Assembly (NCBI GenBank): GCA_902541365.1
Contig: CACBQK010000001.1
Span: forward strand, 37,600-101,599
Source of the DNA: an uncultured SAR86 cluster bacterium
GTDB taxonomy: Bacteria; Pseudomonadota; Gammaproteobacteria; Magnimaribacterales; D2472
Direction: 5' to 3'
Length of the DNA: 64,000 nt
Both the position numbers and the translations under genes were made by a program. A model generated the notes under the pieces. The model was given only the letters and a program-made list of their open reading frames with translations, was not told the origin of the DNA and ran no database searches. Shown piece by piece: positions 34,385 to 46,200 of this stretch (positions are counted from its first letter, which is position 1; each line of letters begins with the position of its first letter).

Positions 34385-35500
34385 ATGAATCTAGATTTCT
34401 CAGACGACCAAAAACTTCTTCAAGAAGAAGCTAAAAAATTTTTAACTAAAGAAGATGCTCTAAAAATAAATAGAGCGGTTATGGATAGCGAAAAAACTTA
34501 TGACCAAGACCTTTGGAATAAGATTGTAGAGCTTGGATGGACAGGTATTAGAATACCCGAAGAGTATCAAGGGTTGGGGCTTTCTCATTTAGAGTTATGC
34601 GTTATTGCTGAAGAGCTAGGAAGACAGCTTGCTCCAGTACCCTTCTCCTCCTCAGTATATTTGTTTACTGAAACCTTAATTGAATTTGGAAGTGAGGAGC
34701 AAAAACATGCAATCCTTCCAAAATTAGTAACAGGAGACGTGATTGGAACTCTTGCAATTGCTGAAACAAATTCAGCTCCTACCAAAAGCAATATTTCCGT
34801 GGAACTTAAAGATGGAAAACTTTCAGGAACTAAGATTGCTGTCCCTGATGCAGAAGTAGCTACTCATGCAGTTGTGGTAGCAAAAAATGGTGATAGTGTC
34901 TCTTTATGTGTTGCAGATCTGAATTCAGATGATGTTGATATTACAGTACAAAGAAATATCGATGAAAGCAGAGGCTATTATTCAGTTTCTTTTGATGGCG
35001 CTAATGCTGAAGTAGTTGGCGATGAGGAATCAGGTTGGTCAAACCTTGAAAAAATTATGGACCATGCCGCGGTTTTATTTTCCTTTGAACAAATAGGCGG
35101 TGCTCAAGCAAGTCTAGATATGGCAAATACATATGCAAAAGAAAGATATGCATTTGGAAGACCAATAGGATCTTTCCAATCTATGAAACATAAATTAGCT
35201 GACATGTATGTAGCTTTAACTCTAGCTAAATCGAACTCTTTTTATGGAGCATGGGCTCTATCCTCAAATGCAGCTGAACTTCCAACGGCTGCTGCTACGG
35301 CCAGAGTTTCTGCAACCAAAGCTTTTCAGCTATGTTCTCAAGAAAATATTCAAACGCATGGCGGTAACGGGTTTACATGGGAATATGACTGTCATATGTT
35401 TTATAAAAGATCAAAAGTGCTTTCACTTAACTTGGGTTCGCTGCCATCATGGCGCGAAAAACTTATTAAAAGCTTAGAACAAGCTAATATTAAACTATAG
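34385..35500 (+). CDS. Acyl-CoA dehydrogenase family protein (possibly non-catalytic partner subunit)
   Basis: 371 aa with an ACAD fold (QTHGGNGFTWEYDCHMFYKRSK). The usual Y-E-G-T catalytic-base segment is replaced by NLGSLPS. Confidence 0.8.
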   Translation: MNLDFSDDQKLLQEEAKKFLTKEDALKINRAVMDSEKTYDQDLWNKIVELGWTGIRIPEEYQGLGLSHLELCVIAEELGRQLAPVPFSSSVYLFTETLIEFGSEEQKHAILPKLVTGDVIGTLAIAETNSAPTKSNISVELKDGKLSGTKIAVPDAEVATHAVVVAKNGDSVSLCVADLNSDDVDITVQRNIDESRGYYSVSFDGANAEVVGDEESGWSNLEKIMDHAAVLFSFEQIGGAQASLDMANTYAKERYAFGRPIGSFQSMKHKLADMYVALTLAKSNSFYGAWALSSNAAELPTAAATARVSATKAFQLCSQENIQTHGGNGFTWEYDCHMFYKRSKVLSLNLGSLPSWREKLIKSLEQANIKL

Positions 35501-35508
35501 GAGAAAAT

Positions 35509-36735
35509 ATGGATTTTAATGATACTCCACAAGAAGCAGAATTTAGAGCTAAGTGCAGAGCTTGGTTAGAAGCCAATGCTGAGCTCAAAACAAAGAAAAC
35601 TAATTCTGGAAAAAATATGAATCTTGGCAATAAGAGTTTGCTAGAGGCAGCTGCTGAATGGCAGAAGAAAAAATATGATGCTGGCTGGGCAATGATTCAT
35701 TGGCCAAAAGAATTCGGAGGAATCGGTGCTACCCCTATTGAAAGGATTATCTGGGCTCAAGAGGAGTCAAAGTTTAACGTTCCAAAAGGCGTTTATGAGA
35801 TCGGTCTTGGTATGGCTGGTCCTGTAATGATGGAATATGCAACTGATGAACAAAAAGAAAGATACTTACCACCAATGGCAGAAGGAAAAGAAATATGGTG
35901 TCAGTTGTTTTCAGAGCCATCTGCTGGATCTGATGTTGCTGGTCTGAGATCTAAAGCTGTTCAAGATGGTGAGAATTGGATTGTTAATGGTCAAAAAGTG
36001 TGGACTTCTGGTGCCCATTTCTCTGACTTTGGTATTTTGGTTGTTAGACATGATCCTAGTCTTGAAAAACACAAAGGTCTTACTTTTTTCTTTGTTGATA
36101 TGAAATCTCCTGGTATTGAAGTTAAACCTATCAAACAGCTAACAGGTGGTTCTAGTTTTAATGAAGTCTATTTTAATGATGTGGTTATACCAGACTCACA
36201 AAGACTCGGTGAAATTGGTGATGGATGGAAAGTTGCCATTACTACTCTTATGAATGAAAGGCTTGCAGTCGGTGATGCTGACGGAGTAGATGCTAATGAA
36301 GCTTTTGAACTTGCAAAAAAACATGACAAGGACGGTGAACAGCTCATTGACAATAATGCTGTAAGGGAATCTATTGCAGATTGGTATTGTGAAGCATCTG
36401 GACTCAAAAATACAAAACTTAGAACTATGTCGGCTCTTTCCAGAGGTGATACTCCTGGACCCGAAGCTTCAATTACAAAAATTGTAAGTGCTAATAAGCT
36501 TCAAGCAATAGGTAACTTTGGAATGGACTCATCAGACATGTCAGGCATGCTTATGGATGAGAAATCTGATTTTATAAAGTTCCAAATGGCATGGATGGGT
36601 GCAGCTGGCTTGAGAATAGCTGGTGGAACCGATGAAATTCTTAAAAATATTATTGCTGAACGTGTACTCGGTCTACCTCAAGAAGCAAGAGCCGATAAAG
36701 GTCTTGCCTTTAAGGATATACCTAGCGGTTCTTAA
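35509..36735 (+). CDS. Acyl-CoA dehydrogenase
   Basis: 408 aa with CQLFSEPSAGSDVAGL, WIVNGQKVWTSGA and a C-terminal RIAGGTDEILKNII. Confidence 0.9.
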   Translation: MDFNDTPQEAEFRAKCRAWLEANAELKTKKTNSGKNMNLGNKSLLEAAAEWQKKKYDAGWAMIHWPKEFGGIGATPIERIIWAQEESKFNVPKGVYEIGLGMAGPVMMEYATDEQKERYLPPMAEGKEIWCQLFSEPSAGSDVAGLRSKAVQDGENWIVNGQKVWTSGAHFSDFGILVVRHDPSLEKHKGLTFFFVDMKSPGIEVKPIKQLTGGSSFNEVYFNDVVIPDSQRLGEIGDGWKVAITTLMNERLAVGDADGVDANEAFELAKKHDKDGEQLIDNNAVRESIADWYCEASGLKNTKLRTMSALSRGDTPGPEASITKIVSANKLQAIGNFGMDSSDMSGMLMDEKSDFIKFQMAWMGAAGLRIAGGTDEILKNIIAERVLGLPQEARADKGLAFKDIPSGS

Positions 36736-38450
36736 TCAGTAAATTTTGATAAATAAGTGAGAAAGGCAACTGAGTTGCCTTTTTTCATTTCCATATCACC
36801 AGCGCCCAAAGTTTTTATAGGGCCCTTGATTCCAGCTAACACCTCTTTGAAAGTTATTTCTTCACTTGAAACAATAAAATCGCAGTCTTCTTCTTCAAAA
36901 TAGGATGAAATCTCTAATACTTGGTTTCTTATAGTAGTTTTAATCTTTTTCTTATTATCAAAAACAAAACATCCATTCGTTAACTCTCCATCAACTTTAG
37001 AAGGATTTAGCCTAACAGATAAAATGCTGAAAAAGTTCTCTACAGGAATCTGATAAAGTGTATCGCTATTAGACAATCCTATTGCTGGATCTCTACCTTC
37101 CATGAACTCTTTTGCAGAAGAAAGGAAAAAATTTCTCTTTGGTGGGTTAGTTTCATGAATACCAATCTGCATGACTGACTTATTCCTAATTTTCATTACT
37201 TCTTCAGTTTTGAAGTCCAAGCTAATTAACATGTTTGATAGCTCTAAAACCCATTGATGCTCATTTGCGTCACTAGCTCTAGTCAGCTCAGAGAATAAAT
37301 TTTCATTACCTCCTACTAAATCAGAAATCTTTTGAGATTTCTCGTCTATATTTAATGGATCTAAATCAGCTAAATCTCCACTAAACCAACCTAAATACCC
37401 GTTAAAAATGCTTCTAACTGAATATCTAACGGTTCCATAAAACTCAGCTAAGTAAGGCGATTCTTTCAGATTTTGAGGCAGATCAAGCTCCTCAACAATC
37501 TCATCTGGCGTAAGTCCTTTATTCATTAATCTAACTGTTTGGTCATGAACATACTGCATGCCATCCCTATAAATAATTAGTGCATTTGATATCTCCTCAC
37601 CTACAACTGGCATTGTATGGCTTGGGAAAAGGTATTGCGGATCTAGCGATCTCATTTTATCAATACTATTCACCCAGCCTATAACATCACGATGTGAGGT
37701 ACCTCTGATGGTATAAAGATTGGGAAATGTTGTGTAAAAATTGTCACCAGGCATAAGTGCGGACAATTCTGGAAACCACACAAATAATTGATCATCGGTT
37801 TCTCCTGGAGCATGATAAAGTTCAACTTTGTGTCCTGCTATTTCAAGCTTAAGCTCTTTTTCAAAGGTCATTGTTGGAGCAATATATCCTGGTGAACTCC
37901 TTCCGGCACTTAAATATGGGCCCAGACCTACATTAATAAGCTCATTATCATCAAGATTTGTTCCAAACATCTTTCCACTTCTGAGGGTAATAATTGGATT
38001 TATGATTCCAAGAATCTTTTCGACTTTCTCTGCTGTGGTTGAGTGGGCAATTACTAAGGGTTTTTCCTCTTGTGCATTATAAAATTCAGAGGCACCAAAA
38101 ACATGATCTCCGTGGTTGTGTGTATATATAATTGCCTTAATTGGATTTTGGTTAATCTTTTGGAATTCGCTTAAAACTTCTTTAGCTTGAGAAACATCAT
38201 CAGTTGTATCAATGATAATATTGCCTCCCTCTCCTTCTACCATTATTGAGTTAGCAATACCGAATCCAATCGCGACATGAATCCCGTTATCATAAGAATA
38301 TATGCCCTTTATAAATTGATTTGAATGCTCCTCTAATTTTTCAAGCTTACTAATTTTAGGAATATCAAAATCTTCTGAATTTGAACAACTTACTAAAAAA
38401 ATGAATAAAATAGGTATTATTAAGAAATTTCTCATTAAGAGCCTCAACAT
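36732..38450 (-). CDS. Alkyl/aryl sulfatase, metallo-beta-lactamase fold (SdsA1/YjcS/BDS1-like), lipoprotein
   Basis: The HxHxDH motif is IIYTHNHGDHVFG. There is a central dimerisation region and a C-terminal SCP2-like domain. Start placed at MLRLLMRNFLIIPILFIFLVSCS (lipobox LVSC). The track start at 38477 would overlap mnmC. Confidence 0.87.
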   Translation of the reverse strand: MLRLLMRNFLIIPILFIFLVSCSNSEDFDIPKISKLEKLEEHSNQFIKGIYSYDNGIHVAIGFGIANSIMVEGEGGNIIIDTTDDVSQAKEVLSEFQKINQNPIKAIIYTHNHGDHVFGASEFYNAQEEKPLVIAHSTTAEKVEKILGIINPIITLRSGKMFGTNLDDNELINVGLGPYLSAGRSSPGYIAPTMTFEKELKLEIAGHKVELYHAPGETDDQLFVWFPELSALMPGDNFYTTFPNLYTIRGTSHRDVIGWVNSIDKMRSLDPQYLFPSHTMPVVGEEISNALIIYRDGMQYVHDQTVRLMNKGLTPDEIVEELDLPQNLKESPYLAEFYGTVRYSVRSIFNGYLGWFSGDLADLDPLNIDEKSQKISDLVGGNENLFSELTRASDANEHQWVLELSNMLISLDFKTEEVMKIRNKSVMQIGIHETNPPKRNFFLSSAKEFMEGRDPAIGLSNSDTLYQIPVENFFSILSVRLNPSKVDGELTNGCFVFDNKKKIKTTIRNQVLEISSYFEEEDCDFIVSSEEITFKEVLAGIKGPIKTLGAGDMEMKKGNSVAFLTYLSKFTD

Positions 38451-38459
38451 AATTCTAAC

Positions 38460-40232
38460 TTGAAAGTGAACGATCATCCATTAAAAGTAGAACACCACAA
38501 CACAACCTCAGATGGAGGATCAATTGCTTCCAAAGATTATGAAGATAGGTATTTTCAAGATAATGGGTTTGACGAATCAAAAGAAGTCTACATTGATGGT
38601 AATGACCTTGAAGAGAGGTGGGAAAGTTTCTCAGGGAGTTGTTTTACTATTGGTGAGCTGGGTTTTGGTTTAGGCTTAAATTTCTTAACTACGATGCATT
38701 GTTGGTTGAAGAAAGAGAGGTCCTTTAATCTTGATTACATAGGAATTGATAAAAAAATACTAGAGAAAAAAAATCTGGTTCTGCTTGAGGAAGCATTCCC
38801 AAACTTAAAAAAAGAAATCAATATCTTTAAAGAATGTGATGTAGTTGGTCATAATGGTTTCGAGTGCATTTCGATACCTGATCTTAAAATTAGATTAATT
38901 TTAGTAACTGAAGATGTTCAAAAAGCAATAAATGATATTTGTATTTCAAATATAGATGCCTGGTTCTTAGACGGGTTTGATCCGAAGAAAAATCCTGAGA
39001 TGTGGACAGAAGATGTTTTAAAAGCGGTCTTTGATCTAAGCTCTAGCGATTCATCTTTTAGCTCTTTTACTTCGGTAGGAAGGATAAGAAGAGCGCTTTT
39101 AGAAAATGGCTTCGAGGTGAACAAAGTACCAGGGTTTGGCACTAAGAGACATCGAATTGTTGGTAGAAAGTTTGAAAAAAATAAGAAATCCAATGAAATT
39201 AAGAAGATTGCAATTTTGGGTGCTGGTCTTTCTGGGAGTAACTTAGCTTTTAACCTTGCAAATTCTAATATTGAAGTTGATATATATGATGCTCTAGATG
39301 ACTTAAGCAAGGGTTCGTCAGGTGGTCCTATTGCTTCCATGTATCCAAAATTCTCTTTAGATAATAGCCCGAGATCCAAGTTTTTAATTGCTTCTTATTT
39401 CTTTTCATTAAATTTTTATATTAAAACTCTTGGTTTTGAGAATACAGGATTACTTTTTTATGGATCAGATGAAACAAAAGATAAGTGGATTTCTAAGATA
39501 TTAACTCTTAAAAGAGATGATTTATTTGAACTCTTAAGCGATGATAAATTAGAAGATTTGCTTGGACTCAGTCAGATAAAAAAAGCTCTACATGTAAAAA
39601 AAGGACTATTCCTTCAACCATTAGAATTAAAAAAGAAATTACTAGGGCATCGCTTTATAAAAATCATACTTAATGAGAAGTATGTCTCCTTTACTGAAGA
39701 AAAGAATAAAGTTGAAGTACATTTTAAATCTGGTCTAAGCAAATCTTATGATGCTCTTGCAGTTTGCACAGGAAAAGGCCTTAAAGATTTTAATGACAAT
39801 CTTAAGGTTAGCTATGGGCAGATGGCAGGCATAAGCAATAAGGATTTATTCAATATTAAAATGCCCCTCAATCATCAAGGATATATTATTCCAAAAGTAA
39901 ATGGCACCAATTGGATCGGAAGTACATATGAACAGTCAGCAGATTTTAAAAAAGAAAATATTGAAGAGAAAGTTAAATTAAATCATGCCATTTTTGGCAA
40001 TAAAGATATGTCTTATGAGATACAAGATCTGTGGGAAGGTGAAAGAGTGAGTGCTAAGAATAATCTTCCTATAGCATCAAAAATACCTGGAGCAAAAAAT
40101 ATTTATTGTATCGGAGGGCTCGGTTCTAGGGGTTTATCCTATGCCCCTTTCCTCGCAGAGATTGTTTCCTCAGCAATACAAGATAAGCAAATACCTCTTG
40201 GTAAAGAGATATTTACTTTACTTAATATTTAA
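38460..40232 (+). CDS. mnmC: Bifunctional tRNA (mnm5s2U34) methyltransferase / FAD-dependent cmnm5s2U34 oxidoreductase
   Basis: 590 aa with an N-terminal SAM-MTase carrying the diagnostic DAWFLDGFDPKKNPEMWT. The C-terminal DAO domain has IAILGAGLSGSNLA. The start is TTG 38460 or GTG 38466. Confidence 0.9.
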   Translation: MKVNDHPLKVEHHNTTSDGGSIASKDYEDRYFQDNGFDESKEVYIDGNDLEERWESFSGSCFTIGELGFGLGLNFLTTMHCWLKKERSFNLDYIGIDKKILEKKNLVLLEEAFPNLKKEINIFKECDVVGHNGFECISIPDLKIRLILVTEDVQKAINDICISNIDAWFLDGFDPKKNPEMWTEDVLKAVFDLSSSDSSFSSFTSVGRIRRALLENGFEVNKVPGFGTKRHRIVGRKFEKNKKSNEIKKIAILGAGLSGSNLAFNLANSNIEVDIYDALDDLSKGSSGGPIASMYPKFSLDNSPRSKFLIASYFFSLNFYIKTLGFENTGLLFYGSDETKDKWISKILTLKRDDLFELLSDDKLEDLLGLSQIKKALHVKKGLFLQPLELKKKLLGHRFIKIILNEKYVSFTEEKNKVEVHFKSGLSKSYDALAVCTGKGLKDFNDNLKVSYGQMAGISNKDLFNIKMPLNHQGYIIPKVNGTNWIGSTYEQSADFKKENIEEKVKLNHAIFGNKDMSYEIQDLWEGERVSAKNNLPIASKIPGAKNIYCIGGLGSRGLSYAPFLAEIVSSAIQDKQIPLGKEIFTLLNI

Positions 40233-40234
40233 AT

Positions 40235-40756
40235 CTATAGTTCTTGCAAAAGGCTGTTTACAAGCGCTTGTATAGTTTCTGTATCACTTGAATCATTTAG
40301 CCTATTTTGATTCCAGCTTGTAAAACCAGTCCACAATGATTTGTCTTCAGCTTTGTCTTTGATAGTTAATCTTAAAACAAATCTTTCTTCGGTCTCAATA
40401 TCATCATCTAGGTAATAGTATCTTCTATCATAGTAATAGCTTCTGGGACCAAATCTGTTTGATTCAATCTCATCTTTGGCTGAAATTGAAAGCTCAAAAA
40501 CTAGATTAGAGTCTTTTGAAGAGTCTAAGCCTCTTAATTCAAGTTCACTAACTAATCTTGACTCAATTGCCTCAAGAACAATTGGATTAACTTCAGGAGA
40601 TAAATTCTCGCTGTTAGTTTTTACATAAAAGTCTTCATAACTAAGAAGTGTAAAACCATTCACAGAATCAACTTTTAGATAAAAAGATTGATTAGAGACG
40701 CATCCGGTTAAAAAAATTACAGTTGCTATCGTAAGGAAATTTTTAAAATTATTCAT
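40235..40756 (-). CDS. Hypothetical lipoprotein
   Basis: 173 aa with signal peptide and lipobox (FLTGC). Confidence 0.55.
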   Translation of the reverse strand: MNNFKNFLTIATVIFLTGCVSNQSFYLKVDSVNGFTLLSYEDFYVKTNSENLSPEVNPIVLEAIESRLVSELELRGLDSSKDSNLVFELSISAKDEIESNRFGPRSYYYDRRYYYLDDDIETEERFVLRLTIKDKAEDKSLWTGFTSWNQNRLNDSSDTETIQALVNSLLQEL

Positions 40757-40812
40757 AGTACTAATATGCAGTTCATGTTTAGAAAATTCAAGTTATTGAA
40801 ATAAAAAAAAGA

Positions 40813-43417
<2,605 letters not shown>

Positions 43418-43981
43418 TTAACTGGACTCTTCATCATTTAAAAGATAACGAGATGCTCGCATTTTTAGATCTTTTATACTTTCTGCTGAAAGTGGCTGTC
43501 TGTCTGAATCGCAAATATTTGCATATATCTTTTCACAAAATTTAGTAGCAAACCTTAAAAGATCCTCAACACTGTCAGTTGCGTTTTCCTGTGCAGCCAG
43601 ATCAGTCGCTAATAGTAATGCTTGAGTTTGAGTATCTTCATTAAGAGTGCCTGGTTTTAAGGCATTTGCCACTCTGAATTTCTCAACATCATTGTCATAA
43701 ATAGAAAAGAAGTCATCATTCTTTTGAAATCCATAATTAATTAAAAAATCATTTAATTGACTCATATCAAAGAAGTTACCATCAATACTAAATAAATATA
43801 GAATCACTAAATCTTGCTTTGCGAAAGCTTCACTTTTGTAGCTAAAGTCCTTTAAATTTGCCTGCTTTGCTTTCAAAAGCATTTTGTTCGAATTAGATAC
43901 TTTTCTAAAATAAAGAAATGCTCCAAGTATGGCTAAGAAAAAACCTAAACCTATTAAGTAAATCTCAGTATTTGAAAGCAT
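43418..43981 (-). CDS. zipA: Cell-division protein ZipA (short form lacking the P/Q-rich linker)
   Basis: 187 aa with an N-terminal TM helix. The C-terminal domain is colinear with the ZipA FtsZ-binding domain (..VANALKPGTL.., ..LRFATKFCEKI.., DSDRQPLS). It sits in the conserved smc-zipA-ligA order. Confidence 0.7.
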   Translation of the reverse strand: MLSNTEIYLIGLGFFLAILGAFLYFRKVSNSNKMLLKAKQANLKDFSYKSEAFAKQDLVILYLFSIDGNFFDMSQLNDFLINYGFQKNDDFFSIYDNDVEKFRVANALKPGTLNEDTQTQALLLATDLAAQENATDSVEDLLRFATKFCEKIYANICDSDRQPLSAESIKDLKMRASRYLLNDEESS

Positions 43982-46168
43982 TTATTGGGCTGCGAACTCA
44001 ACTGCTTGATTAACATCAACAGAGACGACTCTGGAAACACCAGCTTCTTGCATTGTAACTCCCATTAGGTGGTCACTTTTTTCCATTGATACCTTGTTAT
44101 GGGTTATAAAAATAAACTGAATTTTCTTTGACATTTCTTCAACCATATTGATAAATCTTGAAGTATTTAGATCATCAAGCGGTGCATCAACTTCATCGAG
44201 TAGGCAAAAAGGTGCAGGATTTAATTCAAACAAAGCAAAGACTAAAGCTAAAGCGGTCATAGCCTTTTCTCCACCAGATAACTGCGAAAGAGTCGAATTC
44301 TTTTTACCTGGTGGGCGAGCCATAAGCTTAACACCAGCATTTAGGAAGTTATTATCAGTAAGAGATAACTCTGCATTACCTCCTCCAAACATTATTGGGA
44401 AGATAGATTTCAATCTTTTATTTACTGCATCAAAACTCTCAATAAATTTTTCTTTAGTCTCTTTATCGATTTGTGAAATGGCCTTGTTTAACTTCTCCAG
44501 TGCTTCTTCTAAGTCTTCATTTTGCTTATCCAACTCATCTTTTCTTTTTCTCTCCTCAGCAATTTCATCTGGAGCTGCTAAATTGATGGCACCCAATCTG
44601 ATAATTTTAGATCTAATGGTCTCAAGTTCCGATTGAAGTTCTTCTATCGATAAATCTTGATAGTTGGATCTGTCAATATCATTAATATCAATTCCCGATT
44701 CAGATATTCTTTTCGATGAATTTTCAAGATGAACACTGTGAGAACTTATTTCAATTTTTGTATCGGTGATTTTTTCCTGAATTGCTTTAAGATCCAATAG
44801 GGAAACACTTTTTTCATTTTCCAATCTTCTTATTTCTGCATCTACTTCTTGTTGGTCTTTTCTAATAGAATTTAACTCAGCTTCTGCTGAGGCACTTATC
44901 TCTATAAGCTCTTGAAGTTTTGTAGAAATTTCTTTTGAGCTTTGCGTTGTTTTCTTAAGTTCTGTTTCTAGGTTTTCTTGCTGGTTCAGATACTCATCGC
45001 TAATTTCTTTGGACTGTCTGAGAACAATATTGAATATGCTAAGCAATATATCTTTAAGTTGTTCTGCTTTGCTTTTGATTTCAGGAATAGAGATTTTAGA
45101 GATAATTTCATCTATTAAGTGAAGAGCCTTCTCTTTGGGAGACAAGTTTTCAAAATCTGAAGCTTTTTCAAGAGCATCTTCATAAGCCGCTTTTACTCTC
45201 TCAAGTTCTCTCGTCGTATTATCTTTGGTTGTTCTAATATTTTGAAGATTCTGTTCAAACCTCGCTATTTCTGACCCAACCTCATAAAACTTTTTTTGCG
45301 CATCTTCATATTTTGAAAGAACTGATTCATGCTCTGTTTTGTATTGATCAAGCTTAGCTTGCTTTACTGAAACTTCTGACTCTTTTACAGACTCGTCCTT
45401 TTGAAGCGCTGCGAGATTATTATTCAAAAGATCTCTTTTATCTCTGGCATCAAGAGAAAACAGGATAGCAACATTCAACTCTTTTTCTTTTTCTTGATTT
45501 TTATAATCTTTGTATCTATCAGCAGCTTTAGCCTGGCTTTCTAATCTTCTTATCAATCTTCCAATCTCATCCCTGATGTCATTGACTCTAGATAAGTTTT
45601 CCTTTGTCTTTTTTATTCTGGTTTCTGTTTCCTTTCTTCTCTCTCTATATTTTGAAACCCCTGCAGCCTCTTCGATGTGTGTTCTTAAGTCTTCAGGCTT
45701 TGCACTTACCAAAGAGGAAACCATTCCTTGCTCGATAATTGCATAACTGCTTGGGCCAAGCCCTGTTCCAAGAAAAATATCCTGAACATCTTTCCTTCTA
45801 CACTTAGTGTTATTGATGTAATAACTTGATTGACTGTCTCTAGTCATGACTCTTTTTACGGATATCTCATTGAAAGCTGCATACTCGCCTCCTACTTTTC
45901 CACTTGAGTTATCAAATAAAAGTTCGATACTACACTGCCCAGATGGCTTTCTTTGCTCAGATCCATTAAAAATGACATCTGACATTGAGTCGCCTCTAAG
46001 ATTTTTTGCTGAGAGTTCACCAAGCACCCATCTGACAGCATCAATAATATTAGATTTTCCACATCCATTTGGACCTACAACAGCTACCATATTTGTTGGG
46101 AAAGATATCCTCGTGGGATCCACGAAACTTTTGAAACCAGCCAATTTAATGTGCTTAAGCTGCATCAA
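43982..46168 (-). CDS. smc: SMC-family chromosome segregation ATPase, unusually short (728 aa) and without recognisable hinge
   Basis: The N-head has FKSF and GPNGCGKSNIIDAVRWVLGE. The C-head has LSGGEKAMTALALVFALFELNPAPFCLLDEVDAPLDD and ITHNK. The region between residues about 170 and 520 is heptad-rich only. Confidence 0.85.
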   Translation of the reverse strand: MMQLKHIKLAGFKSFVDPTRISFPTNMVAVVGPNGCGKSNIIDAVRWVLGELSAKNLRGDSMSDVIFNGSEQRKPSGQCSIELLFDNSSGKVGGEYAAFNEISVKRVMTRDSQSSYYINNTKCRRKDVQDIFLGTGLGPSSYAIIEQGMVSSLVSAKPEDLRTHIEEAAGVSKYRERRKETETRIKKTKENLSRVNDIRDEIGRLIRRLESQAKAADRYKDYKNQEKEKELNVAILFSLDARDKRDLLNNNLAALQKDESVKESEVSVKQAKLDQYKTEHESVLSKYEDAQKKFYEVGSEIARFEQNLQNIRTTKDNTTRELERVKAAYEDALEKASDFENLSPKEKALHLIDEIISKISIPEIKSKAEQLKDILLSIFNIVLRQSKEISDEYLNQQENLETELKKTTQSSKEISTKLQELIEISASAEAELNSIRKDQQEVDAEIRRLENEKSVSLLDLKAIQEKITDTKIEISSHSVHLENSSKRISESGIDINDIDRSNYQDLSIEELQSELETIRSKIIRLGAINLAAPDEIAEERKRKDELDKQNEDLEEALEKLNKAISQIDKETKEKFIESFDAVNKRLKSIFPIMFGGGNAELSLTDNNFLNAGVKLMARPPGKKNSTLSQLSGGEKAMTALALVFALFELNPAPFCLLDEVDAPLDDLNTSRFINMVEEMSKKIQFIFITHNKVSMEKSDHLMGVTMQEAGVSRVVSVDVNQAVEFAAQ

Positions 46169-46200
46169 AAAATATCAATAAATTAAATGCTTATTTTACC

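Noticed and set aside
38918-39379. 153-aa minus-strand ORF inside mnmC
   Set aside because: It is antisense to the diagnostic MnmC region (DAWFLDGF...). It has no SD or motif and is a typical shadow ORF.
44148-46181. Long plus-strand ORFs (162, 78 and 111 aa) antisense to smc
   Set aside because: They lie entirely inside a well-supported SMC gene. The Lys/Glu/Leu-rich coiled-coil codons (AAG/GAA/CTT) give stop-poor, Ser/Phe/Leu-rich antisense frames. The translations are low-complexity and lack start context.
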